Under the pieces are notes generated by a model that saw only the letters and a program-made list of their open reading frames with translations, was not told the DNA's origin and ran no database searches. Positions 53,751 through 63,233 of a DNA stretch of 64,000 nt are shown here, piece by piece. The DNA is from Candidatus Chisholmbacteria bacterium RIFCSPHIGHO2_01_FULL_52_32 (GTDB lineage: Bacteria; Patescibacteriota; Microgenomatia; UBA1400; Chisholmbacteraceae), in assembly GCA_001816585.1 (NCBI GenBank), contig MHCJ01000007.1, positions 2,062 through 66,061 on the forward strand, read 5' to 3'. The number at the start of each line of letters is the position of its first letter. Position 1 is the stretch's first letter. The position numbers were made by a program, and so were the translations under genes.

Positions 53751-54485
53751 TTGCGAATTGACACACCAGGCATGATAAAGCCGCAAAAAATAAGCCTCAC
53801 GAATACCGAATATCTTTCTCTGCGAAATAGCGACGAAGCCTTGAGAATTTCAATAGAACAGGCAATGCCAACTCTGGGAACGCTGGTTCTCGATATCGGC
53901 TGTGGCAGCATGCCCTTAACACCTCTTTTCCATCAAAAGCGATCAATATATATCGGAGTAGATATAAATCAATCAGTCAAACCACACGCAGTCATGGTTG
54001 CTGAACGCCTCGCCGTCAGATCAAAAACCGTTGATCTCATCCTTTGTATCGCAACCCTTGAACACGTCATGAGCCCCCAAGCAGTCTTAAGCGAAGCTTC
54101 AAGAGTTTTAAAGAAGGGGGGCTCAATTATCGTCCAAGTCCCCAGTCTCTATCCGTACCACCCCAGTCCTGAGGATCATTGGCGTTGGACCCACACCGGT
54201 TTGGAGCAAATTCTTAGGAACGCGGGTTTGACGGTTACTGCTTTCTATCCCTCAGGAACAACCCTCACAACCTACCTCACAATCTTCATTCAAGGAGTCA
54301 GTCTGTTTCTCATACAGTCGAAGGTTTTCTCTTGGCTGAACTTGCCTGTTGTTGTCAGCCTCAACAGTATCGGGCGTCTGCTTGAGAAGTTCTTTAGTCC
54401 GAACACACCTTTTTATGCGCCGGGGAACTTCCTCTTAAGTCTCGCTGCAGTGGCAAGAAAGGAAGGCGAAACAAACCTTCAATAA
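53751..54485 (+). CDS. class I SAM-dependent methyltransferase with a C-terminal TM segment
   Basis: 244 aa; VLDIGCGS motif I, LEHV, LKKGGSIIVQVP. Confidence 0.75.
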   Translation: MRIDTPGMIKPQKISLTNTEYLSLRNSDEALRISIEQAMPTLGTLVLDIGCGSMPLTPLFHQKRSIYIGVDINQSVKPHAVMVAERLAVRSKTVDLILCIATLEHVMSPQAVLSEASRVLKKGGSIIVQVPSLYPYHPSPEDHWRWTHTGLEQILRNAGLTVTAFYPSGTTLTTYLTIFIQGVSLFLIQSKVFSWLNLPVVVSLNSIGRLLEKFFSPNTPFYAPGNFLLSLAAVARKEGETNLQ

Positions 54486-55216
54486 CTTCCCCGGATCGAA
54501 ACCCAAATTTCACTCAAGATGAGTGCCACAAACCGTAATCCCGTTGGTATCGATTTCGCTTTACTCTCTCCACCGATCCGCTCTCCCTCAATCGTCGGGA
54601 TCTCCGAAACCTTCATGCCTAAGCGCATTGCCCGAATAGACATCTGATACTCTACGGCATACCCTGTCGCGGAGAGCCGCATCCGTTCAAACGCTGCCTT
54701 CCGAATGGCACGGTACCCATTAATCGTGTCGGAAATAGAGCGACCGCTTCTGTTCCAAAGGATGTTTGCGACAAGGGTAAATGCTTTATTCGCCCAAGCC
54801 CGTGGTCGGAAGAGCTTGCTGTCTTCCTCATTGCGAGAACCCGGCAGAAATCTTGAGGCAATGACCATATCGTAGCCTTCCGCAAGTTTCGAGAGTAACC
54901 TCGGAATATCCGCCGGATCCTCGTTGCCATCGGGAGAGAAAAAAACCAGCAAGTCTCCCCTGGCAACAGACGCGGATAACCGAAATGCCTCTCCACGTCC
55001 TGGGTTTTCTTGGGGAACGATTCGAATGCCACGTTTTTTGACAAAATCAATGGTTCCATCATCGGACTTATAGTCAACCACAAAATGCTCATCCACCGCT
55101 TCAAACGGAATCCTCCCCACCAATGCCCGCATCCCCTCAATCTCATTACGGGTCAGAATAACTAGTGTAGTCTTGACCTTCTTCTTCCTCATATTTCCCT
55201 GCCACCTTCCGAGCAC
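54479..55216 (-). CDS. GT2 family glycosyltransferase
   Basis: 245 aa; LVILTRNE, DYKSDDGT, SPDGNED motifs. Confidence 0.8.
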   Translation of the reverse strand: MLGRWQGNMRKKKVKTTLVILTRNEIEGMRALVGRIPFEAVDEHFVVDYKSDDGTIDFVKKRGIRIVPQENPGRGEAFRLSASVARGDLLVFFSPDGNEDPADIPRLLSKLAEGYDMVIASRFLPGSRNEEDSKLFRPRAWANKAFTLVANILWNRSGRSISDTINGYRAIRKAAFERMRLSATGYAVEYQMSIRAMRLGMKVSEIPTIEGERIGGESKAKSIPTGLRFVALILSEIWVSIRGSY

Positions 55217-55236
55217 TCTCTATTCGTAAATCATAA

Positions 55237-55300
55237 ATCCTAAATCATAAATCACTCTCTACCCTCTGCTCTACGCGCTAAGCCCTACGCTCTTCCTGTA
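55237..55300. repeat. heptamer tract AAATCAT AAATCCT AAATCAT AAATCAC, followed by TACGC-type heptamers
   Basis: 20 bp upstream of the GT2 start on the minus strand; the downstream part encodes the SVGLSA C-terminus of the epimerase. Confidence 0.8.
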
Positions 55301-56278
55301 CCATTCTATCGTCTTCTTCAGTCCCTCTCGCAAGGGCACCCTCGCTGTAAACCCAATCTTCTCCTTTGCCTTTCTCGTGTCGCAGTTCCTTCGTGGTTGG
55401 CCATTGGGCCTGGTCGTATCGAAAATAACCTGGGCCTTGCTTCCCGAAAGCTCAACAACAAGCTTTGCCAAGTCACCAATCCGGATCTCCTCTTCGGTCC
55501 CGATATTTACCGGGTCTGGTTCGGGATACTTCTCTACAGCCTCCATTAACCCCCGGGCAAAATCCGAAACATAAAGAAACGACCGCGTCGGTGACCCATC
55601 TCCCCAGACTACCACCGGATTCTCTCCAGAAACGACCCGCCGGATAAGCGCGGGGATGACGTGCGAAGTCCGAGGATCAAAATTATCTCTCGGTCCGTAG
55701 CCGTTGTATGGTCGAACGATACTGATTTTCATACCATACTCCTCGGCATAGCTCCTCGCCAGAATCTCCCCCATCCGCTTCGCCCATCCGTAACCGTAGT
55801 TGGTGGGTTCCGGCTCATCTAACAATCCCTCCGACTCTGGAGTCGGAATGGTGCAAAAACGGGGGTACACGCAGGCAGAACTTACAAACTGCATACGGGG
55901 AACTTGAGCCAACCGCGCAGCCTCAAACATCGTCATCGCCATTGCCAGGTTGTCCCGAAGCATCGTCGCGGGGTGTGTAGAGTTGTATCCGATCCCTGCT
56001 ACCCGCGCCGCCAGGTGAAATACCACGTCCTTATTGCGGCAGAGCGAAATGACTGTAGGGCGTGTAGACGAAAGATCAACTGAATGATAGCGGATCGAAG
56101 GATTCTTAAGATCAAGAAACCGAACCCCACTTGGTTTCTCCCTCCCCACAACCGTAACCCCGGCCCCCTGTGTCAAAAGTATCTCGGTAAGGTGAGAACC
56201 GACGAACCCATTCCCTCCGGTTACCAACACCCGCTTCCCCTTCCAAAAGCTTTTCCTGGTCTTCGCTTTTTTTCCCAT
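55271..56278 (-). CDS. NAD-dependent sugar epimerase/dehydratase (SDR family, GDP-fucose synthase-like)
   Basis: 335 aa; VLVTGGNGFVGSHL Rossmann motif; catalytic Y..xK region; a candidate TATAAT -10 box about 20 nt upstream. Confidence 0.85.
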   Translation of the reverse strand: MGKKAKTRKSFWKGKRVLVTGGNGFVGSHLTEILLTQGAGVTVVGREKPSGVRFLDLKNPSIRYHSVDLSSTRPTVISLCRNKDVVFHLAARVAGIGYNSTHPATMLRDNLAMAMTMFEAARLAQVPRMQFVSSACVYPRFCTIPTPESEGLLDEPEPTNYGYGWAKRMGEILARSYAEEYGMKISIVRPYNGYGPRDNFDPRTSHVIPALIRRVVSGENPVVVWGDGSPTRSFLYVSDFARGLMEAVEKYPEPDPVNIGTEEEIRIGDLAKLVVELSGSKAQVIFDTTRPNGQPRRNCDTRKAKEKIGFTARVPLREGLKKTIEWYRKSVGLSA

Positions 56279-56468
56279 ACCTTATGTTGACCCAATTATA
56301 CTAACAATTATCTTCACGAGTTTCGCACCAATAACAACCAGAGGAGAGCGCGGAACAAATTTGCGCGAGGAGCTAGGCCAGGCTGAAAGCCTGGCTGGCG
56401 ATCAAAAAACCAGGAAGCTAAGCAAAACCGCGCCATAGCGACCAAGCAAATTTCTGTTACGCGATCTC

Positions 56469-58736
56469 CTACCCTCTATCTGCATAAAACTGCGAAACTC
56501 GCGATCTTATCCGTTTCTCTTTCCAAACGAGAAGAAGACAAATAACAATGGTAAAACCGGATATCAAGGCACCAAGATAAACAAGGCGCGGTCGAAATAC
56601 ATACTCCACCGCATGGACCCCCGAAAGAACCGGAACGGACCGGAACGTCCCTTGATACTTTCCCATTTCAACCCTCTGCCCATCCACAAACACTTCCCAT
56701 CCCGGATAAACACTGTCCGCCAACACCAACACCCCTTGCCGATCCGCCTCTACCGCAACAACCACCCGCTCGGGCTGATTGACGAGAATTTCCGCCTCTC
56801 CTGCCGATTCCCCGGAATGATCAACCACTCTTGAGCGAGGCAGCAACTGACTACTGCGCACAATCCCTTGCTCCGAAAGGAAATACGCAACGGACAACTG
56901 GTTAAGCTTTTCCGCTTCAACCTCTTGCAGGCCAACCTCATTGAGTCTCAAAGAAGAAATTTTATCCCCCCTCAGATATTTTGCGTAAGCGCTAAGCACA
57001 AAACTGGCGTATCCGTTGGGCGTCGGCAAGCCATAAACCATATTCCAGTTCAAAGCCAAGTCGGAAAGCCTCCGATTCAGTTCCCGATAACTTCGCCGTT
57101 CTTCTGGGGTATAGAACGTGGCAGCAAATGGCGGTCCAATGGCCATGTTCTCCCAGTAATTCCCCAGTCCGCTAAACGGAACAGAGTCTTGATAACTCAA
57201 GAATCGCTCAGAAGGCGCCAAAACGTTCTGAAGTTGCCGTCCTGGTTCCGATTCAATCCGAACAAGCTGTCGCGGCATGGTAAATACGTATCGTGAGTTG
57301 AAAAAGAGAAGATCAAGAAACACAAGTCCAACAAAAAACCAATACTTTTTGCGAAAGAGAACGATGATACTAAGACCAAAAAGGAGGCTCGCCAAAACCA
57401 TATTTGCCGAAACGGTCCCCACGATCACTTGATCCCGTTCAAAAGTATGAAATGTTGAAAACGGCCGCCAGAAAAGACCAAAACCAAACCGGCCGACCAG
57501 AAAGAAAACAATCCCAACCGCCCACATAAATCCAGCCATAATGAGAAGTCTCCTCGCGGCGACGAACGAGAGCCCTCGCTTTTTCACCTCATCAAAAGCA
57601 ATGCCTCCACAAACTGCCATCGACAACGAAAACGGCAAAAGCGCCTCAGCTGGACCTCGGAAAACCCGAAAAAAGGGAATGAGGGTAAACAATATCTGAT
57701 AGATCGGGGTGTATCGCCCCAGAGCCAAAATAAGCGAAGTACACGCCGCCCCCAGGAAAAACAGGAAAAGTCTTCGCTTGGGAGTCTCTCTTCTTAAAAA
57801 AATGCGCTTCGCCGAAAGAAAAAGGATAACGAAGGTCAAGATTCCAAGATATCCGGTGTTATCCGCCACGTGTCGCCAAGCAGGACCCCACGTCATTCCA
57901 ACTTGAGGTTGGTCAAACAAATTCGGTAAGAACAGACGCAGGAGAAGCACCGGGTGAAGCGAGTCGCCGGTCGCCGTCACAAAATCCATTGAGCTTCTCG
58001 TTGATAATCTAGCAAGCTCAAGCGCCGGCAACACCACAACAGCAGTCACCCCGAACGCGAGCCCAAAAAGGAGAAGGACCGGTTTAAGTCTATTCCAACT
58101 TCTCACCTTTGAGAAGAATAGCCAGTAAGAAAAAAGAAGGACCAGCGTGTAGAGAACCGGCTGCGGATGTCCTCCGAAAATCTGCAGTGCCAAAGAAAAA
58201 GCAGCAACCACCGACCAGAGTGTTGAACCCCTTGCGATTGCCTTGTAAAAGGCGAGAAATGTAAAGGGTAACCAAATGCTACTTGATAACAACGGCAGAT
58301 AGCTCGTGTAATGAAGTATGGTCGCGCTGAACATGAACGTCATGGCCGAGGAGAAAGCCGCAATTCGTGACATCCCCAATTCCTTGACGAAGAGGAAGAA
58401 AGAGACACCGGCCAAGAACACGCTCATGATCGTTACAACGGTCAACGCCCAAAAAGGATCAAGCACCAGGAAGAAAAGGCTGAAAGGGTAAAACACAGCC
58501 GTGGAGATGTCCGCAAGGAACGGTATTCCGGCAAAAAGGTACGGATTCCAAAGCGGCAGAACTCCTTCCCGCAAACGAACCGCAGCATAAATGGCATTGG
58601 GTAATTTCAGGGATAAATTGTCTCCGAAAAACAGCACCTCACCCCGAAACACCGGATAAAAAAACACAGCCGTCGCCAGTGCTAAAACCACACCGACGAG
58701 AAGATTAGGTTGTAATCCCAATCGAAAACGCTTCAT
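56469..58736 (-). CDS. YfhO-family GT-C membrane protein
   Basis: 755 aa; N-terminal motif block FYPVFRGEVLFFGDNL...LWNPYLFAGIPFLAD is characteristic of YfhO. Confidence 0.85.
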   Translation of the reverse strand: MKRFRLGLQPNLLVGVVLALATAVFFYPVFRGEVLFFGDNLSLKLPNAIYAAVRLREGVLPLWNPYLFAGIPFLADISTAVFYPFSLFFLVLDPFWALTVVTIMSVFLAGVSFFLFVKELGMSRIAAFSSAMTFMFSATILHYTSYLPLLSSSIWLPFTFLAFYKAIARGSTLWSVVAAFSLALQIFGGHPQPVLYTLVLLFSYWLFFSKVRSWNRLKPVLLLFGLAFGVTAVVVLPALELARLSTRSSMDFVTATGDSLHPVLLLRLFLPNLFDQPQVGMTWGPAWRHVADNTGYLGILTFVILFLSAKRIFLRRETPKRRLFLFFLGAACTSLILALGRYTPIYQILFTLIPFFRVFRGPAEALLPFSLSMAVCGGIAFDEVKKRGLSFVAARRLLIMAGFMWAVGIVFFLVGRFGFGLFWRPFSTFHTFERDQVIVGTVSANMVLASLLFGLSIIVLFRKKYWFFVGLVFLDLLFFNSRYVFTMPRQLVRIESEPGRQLQNVLAPSERFLSYQDSVPFSGLGNYWENMAIGPPFAATFYTPEERRSYRELNRRLSDLALNWNMVYGLPTPNGYASFVLSAYAKYLRGDKISSLRLNEVGLQEVEAEKLNQLSVAYFLSEQGIVRSSQLLPRSRVVDHSGESAGEAEILVNQPERVVVAVEADRQGVLVLADSVYPGWEVFVDGQRVEMGKYQGTFRSVPVLSGVHAVEYVFRPRLVYLGALISGFTIVICLLLVWKEKRIRSRVSQFYADRG

Positions 58737-58805
58737 ACTTACCCCTTTGAACGCAGCAATTCAAGATGCCTACCAACCTATGGAGGAACCCAAGCAATGA
58801 GTAAT

Positions 58806-59001
58806 AAAAAATCCCCCTTTGAGCGGAGCTATTCGAGAACATGCGAAAGCGAACACTGTTAAAAAGCGATCAACTGTCTGACGAGCGCTCGACGCGAAGG
58901 AGTTTGATCGCATAGCGTGAGCGAAGCAGGTTCCCGAAAGAACGCTCATGGGGTGCCCTTTCTTTCGACGCTTTCTTTGGGCAAGCAAAGAAAGCGTCAC
59001 C
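58806..59001. ncRNA. copy 2 of the conserved ~190-nt structured non-coding element
   Basis: collinear with 1771..1957 with compensatory changes in two stems; sits between DegT and YfhO genes (both minus strand); a short extra copy of the 5' block CCCTTTGAACGCAGC lies at 58742-58757. Confidence 0.4.
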
Positions 59002-59024
59002 AGTTTGGATGAGCAAAGAAATGG

Positions 59025-60233
59025 TCAATGACCAAAATACCTCCCAAACACCTTTCCAATATACTCAACATCATCCTTCGTTATTTCAGGATGACAGCCG
59101 ATATAAAACCCGTTTTGGTTAAGGTGTTTCGCGACCGGATAATCATCCTCAATATGCCCCCACATCCGCTCGTACACCGGCTGGTTGGTCAGGGGCAAAA
59201 GGTAGCGCGTCTCAATCCCGTTCTTCTCAAGAAAAAGGATAAGTTCATCCCGATCCACACCTGCCTTCACCACGATGGGGTACATCATAAACACGTGCTC
59301 CGCGCTTGGGCGCTTTGTTGGCAACTGAAGATATTTTGAAAACCGCTTGAGCACCCGGGTCAACGCCCGTGCATTCCGCTTTCTTAAGGCGACAATCTCC
59401 CGCCACCGCCGCATTTGCCCGAGGCCCAAAGCACTCTCAAGCTCCGTAGCTCGGTAACTGTACCCGACATCGAGAAAATTGAAACGCCTGGCCACGATCG
59501 TAAACAGCTGGTTCAAACTTCGGAATTTCGTGTCATCCGGGTTCGTATAAATCCCATCTCTGCCGTGGTTGTAGAGGCTCTTTATGGAAACCGCCAATTC
59601 CGGATCGTTGGTCACCGCAAATCCCCCAACGCCAGTCACGAGGATATGCGCAGCGTAGGTTGAGAAACACCCCACTTCTCCGAAGGAACCGACGGGCTTC
59701 CCCCTGTACCTGGCAAACATCGTCTCACAGGAATCCTCAATCATCCGAAGGTTATACCGCTTCTTCAAACCCATAAGCTCATCCATATCACACGGACAGC
59801 CGCACAGGTGAACCGGCATGATCGCAACCGTTCGCTCCGTAATCTTCTTCTCTGCCTCTGCCGCATCCATCTCAAAATACACCGGATCAACATCAACCAG
59901 AACCGGAGTCAACCGGTTCTCAAGAATCACGTTAACCGAAGCCACAAACGTCACCGCCGGAACCAAAACCTCCATCCCGTCTTCCCAGCCGTACTGTTTC
60001 TTCATCGCATGAAGCCCGACCTGCAAAGCCGATGTCCCGGAGTTGCAGAATAGGGCATATCTGACCTTGTGGGCCCGCGCAAACGCCCGCTCGAACCGAT
60101 TGGTGAAGTGCCCATATGAAAGTCGATTATCATCCAAAGCTTGATTAACGTACCGTTTTTCCAACTCCGAGATATTAACAGCCCCAACTCCGATAAACCG
60201 TCTTTTTTTAATTCCAGCTACTCTTCCTGGCAT
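59025..60233 (-). CDS. DegT/DnrJ/EryC1/StrS-family PLP-dependent sugar aminotransferase
   Basis: 402 aa; SGTSAL motif; active-site lysine region FSTYAAHILVTGVGG; typical length. Confidence 0.9.
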   Translation of the reverse strand: MPGRVAGIKKRRFIGVGAVNISELEKRYVNQALDDNRLSYGHFTNRFERAFARAHKVRYALFCNSGTSALQVGLHAMKKQYGWEDGMEVLVPAVTFVASVNVILENRLTPVLVDVDPVYFEMDAAEAEKKITERTVAIMPVHLCGCPCDMDELMGLKKRYNLRMIEDSCETMFARYRGKPVGSFGEVGCFSTYAAHILVTGVGGFAVTNDPELAVSIKSLYNHGRDGIYTNPDDTKFRSLNQLFTIVARRFNFLDVGYSYRATELESALGLGQMRRWREIVALRKRNARALTRVLKRFSKYLQLPTKRPSAEHVFMMYPIVVKAGVDRDELILFLEKNGIETRYLLPLTNQPVYERMWGHIEDDYPVAKHLNQNGFYIGCHPEITKDDVEYIGKVFGRYFGH

Positions 60234-60266
60234 AATAAGTCAAATAGTATCAGGAAATATTGAAAA

Positions 60267-63233
60267 ATGAAAGAAGATAGTCATAAGTGTCGATGGATGT
60301 TGTATGATTGGAAGTCTAATCGGCAAAGTACTCCGATGGAAAAATCCCACTTTAAAAAAAACCCAGGGATAAGATCACCCAACATCAATCTCACTCACCT
60401 TGCTATCTTGCTTGTAGTGGCGTTGGCATTACTTTCTCCCTTGCTTCTCCCAGGTTTTCCCCAAACCCACGACGGCGATCAACATTTCGTTCGCACCGCC
60501 CATTTCTTCCATGCCGTGAAAGAAGGGAATCTCCTCCCTTCTTGGGCCGGAACGCTAAACAGCGGATTCGGATCCCCTGTTTTCCTCTATAATTGGCTCC
60601 TCCTCTATTACCTCTCAATCCCCTTCCTCCTGTTGAATATCCCGGTCGTCTCAACGATCAAGCTCCTCATTACTGCCTCATTCTTCCTCTCAGTGCTCGG
60701 ATTTTTCCTTTGGGTAAAATTCCTCTATAACAGCCGCTCCGCCTTCGTTGCCAGCCTGTTTTACCTTACCTCTCCGTACCATCTCTACAACATCTACACC
60801 CGCGGCGCCTTCGGCGAAGTCATGGCATTAAGCCTCCTCCCCTGGCTTTTTTTCTCAATCTCACGCCAGCTGTTTTCTGGAGTATTCAAATATTTCCTGG
60901 CAACTACAGCGCTCCTTGTCATGCTCATCCTCGCCCACAATCCGACCGCCCTTGTAGCTATTCCTCTCCTTGCCGCATACTCACTGGTGCTTTCCTGGAA
61001 AAGCAGAGAAAAAACGGTTCATGTCTTTCTGACCATCCCTCTCGCCCTCTTTCTAACCGCGTTCTTCTGGCTCCCGGCAGCGGTCGAAATGCCCTACACC
61101 AAGCTCCCTCAGGCGGTGGCCAGTCTTTATGAGAGCCATTTCCTTGAAGCTGATCGCTTCGGAACACCACAGAAAGCAACGGAACTAACAATCACAACCT
61201 TTCCACAATTGAGTCCAACGAAACCGTTCCTTCTCCCGTTATTTCGCATTACCTACATCCTTTTTTCGCTTGTCAGTGCAGTCGGAATCGCCCAAGTCGC
61301 CGCAGCCACAATCGCCATCTTCATCGTAACTAAAAACCGCAATAACAATCAGAACCGGAAAGTTGAACTCTTCTTTATCGCAACCTTCATCATTGCTTTC
61401 TTTCTCGCAACCAGTCCTTCAGCTCCTATCTGGCGCTTGATCCCCATTCTCCCCCCACTTCTCTATCCATGGAGGCTCCACGGGATAGCATCACTTGCTG
61501 CCGCACTGCTATCCGCAACCCTTATACGAACTCCCAGAAAGACAAGAGTGGCACTGATAGCCCTTTTGGCCGCGACCGCAATCCTCCTTGTCACTCGGGC
61601 TCTCCCTGCACAGAAAACCTTTCCGACGTTTACCGATGCTTCCCTCGTAAGAAGCCAGGAAAGTACCGACAGTACGGGGGTCTATTTACCTCGCTGGGCT
61701 CCTGCTCTCAGCGATCTGCCCTCCCAACCTCCACAGGATATTGCTTTTGTAAAAGACGGGAAACTCGAAACGCTCCTCATGGAACGGGGCGTTTCTCGCC
61801 TGCGATTCCGCGTCAAGAGCAAAAAAGCGACCGAAATCATCGTCAACACCTTTTTCTTCCCGGGTTGGGAAGGCTTCATCGATCGCATTCCAACGCAAGT
61901 CAGCCCCAGTGGCCAGGGGAATATCGCCATCTCTATACCAGAAGGTGAGACTGAGGTGGAACTTCGATTCACGAAAACCGAAATCCGAAAAACAGCAATA
62001 GCTGTCACAAACCTGACATTACTGGCCCTGGGAATAGGCGTGATTTTCCGCGTCTTATCTCGGGTTAACAATAAAAAGAGGCTCGGAGCTGTCCTAATGC
62101 TCATCCTCACAACGATCCTGGGTAGCGAGGCCGCAACCAGACTTGTCATCGGCGATTCATTCGCCACCACTTGCTTCAAGCGTGATCAGATCCTCCACCA
62201 CATCCCCAAATTGAATGGAACGTGCTCCTATTCGGATCCCCACAGTTCCGAAGCGAAGGTGAACGTCCGCTTCTCAAGCGTTGGAACCCGCGGAGAAGAA
62301 ATCACAATTCCCAAACCCCTGGATACATATCGAATCCTTCTCCTCGGAGACTCAACCACCGCAGCCATCAACGTGAACTACGAAGACGCCTTCGGGGAAA
62401 AACTCGAACGGCTGCTCCAACTAACATTCCCCAACAAAACAATTGAGGTGGTAAACGCCGGTGTTCCTTCTTACTCGGGACTTCTTGAGTATCTCTACCT
62501 TCGGGAGCGCGGCTTAACCCTCGAACCCGATCTGGTAATTACAAACTTTAATTCCACGGATGTCCACGATGACGCCCGCTATTTCCATCTCGCGAACATC
62601 GCACCGGATGGCACGGTGTTGACGGTCAGTGAGATAACACCGGATACTCCGCTCATAAAAAAACTCCATTGGGCCATCTTCAATCGCTCGCGTCTCTACG
62701 GACACCATCTCCAATTTTGGCTTATCGGACTCAAGGATAGATTACTCCCTCAAAAGCCTCTCGTACAAACCACAGAAAAAACCGAATTCGGTCAGTACGA
62801 AGCCGACTTCCTCGTCGCCCTCAGAGAAGATGTGCGACCGAACTACCAGGCCATTTGGCACTGGCCTCGTAAAAGTCTCAAGCTCCTCCACGCGCTCACA
62901 AAGAAACACAACATTCCCCTTGTCATCTCCCTTTTCCCCTTTCCACTGCAGGTGAATGGCCGGGAATGGATAAGCAGAGAGCGCATGGGTTTTGAACTCG
63001 GAAAAACCTATTCCACCAGGGACCTTGAGATGATGGAATCCCTGGCAAAAGAGGAAGGCATACCGGTCGTCAATTCTGTCGAAGCCTTCAGGAACTCACA
63101 GGAATTCCCCTTGTTCTTCCCCGAGGACATTCACTTCACTCCCGCCGGGCACGCGGTTTTTGCCCAAACGATAGCCACGTACCTGTTGGAACACAGAAGA
63201 CAGCTTGGGCTTCCGCCCACACCCCAACTATGA
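60267..63233 (+). CDS. polytopic GT-C/PTPS-related-like membrane domain fused to a C-terminal SGNH/GDSL-hydrolase-like domain
   Basis: 988 aa; N-terminal segment HDGDQHF...LPSWAGTLNSGFGSPVFLY with about 12 TM helices; C-terminal LLLGDSTT (GDS block) and a DxxH-like end. Confidence 0.7.
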   Translation: MKEDSHKCRWMLYDWKSNRQSTPMEKSHFKKNPGIRSPNINLTHLAILLVVALALLSPLLLPGFPQTHDGDQHFVRTAHFFHAVKEGNLLPSWAGTLNSGFGSPVFLYNWLLLYYLSIPFLLLNIPVVSTIKLLITASFFLSVLGFFLWVKFLYNSRSAFVASLFYLTSPYHLYNIYTRGAFGEVMALSLLPWLFFSISRQLFSGVFKYFLATTALLVMLILAHNPTALVAIPLLAAYSLVLSWKSREKTVHVFLTIPLALFLTAFFWLPAAVEMPYTKLPQAVASLYESHFLEADRFGTPQKATELTITTFPQLSPTKPFLLPLFRITYILFSLVSAVGIAQVAAATIAIFIVTKNRNNNQNRKVELFFIATFIIAFFLATSPSAPIWRLIPILPPLLYPWRLHGIASLAAALLSATLIRTPRKTRVALIALLAATAILLVTRALPAQKTFPTFTDASLVRSQESTDSTGVYLPRWAPALSDLPSQPPQDIAFVKDGKLETLLMERGVSRLRFRVKSKKATEIIVNTFFFPGWEGFIDRIPTQVSPSGQGNIAISIPEGETEVELRFTKTEIRKTAIAVTNLTLLALGIGVIFRVLSRVNNKKRLGAVLMLILTTILGSEAATRLVIGDSFATTCFKRDQILHHIPKLNGTCSYSDPHSSEAKVNVRFSSVGTRGEEITIPKPLDTYRILLLGDSTTAAINVNYEDAFGEKLERLLQLTFPNKTIEVVNAGVPSYSGLLEYLYLRERGLTLEPDLVITNFNSTDVHDDARYFHLANIAPDGTVLTVSEITPDTPLIKKLHWAIFNRSRLYGHHLQFWLIGLKDRLLPQKPLVQTTEKTEFGQYEADFLVALREDVRPNYQAIWHWPRKSLKLLHALTKKHNIPLVISLFPFPLQVNGREWISRERMGFELGKTYSTRDLEMMESLAKEEGIPVVNSVEAFRNSQEFPLFFPEDIHFTPAGHAVFAQTIATYLLEHRRQLGLPPTPQL

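Noticed and set aside
56279-56330. TATAAT on the minus strand about 20 nt upstream of the epimerase start
   Set aside because: Plausible -10 box, but no convincing -35 partner; not reported as a feature.
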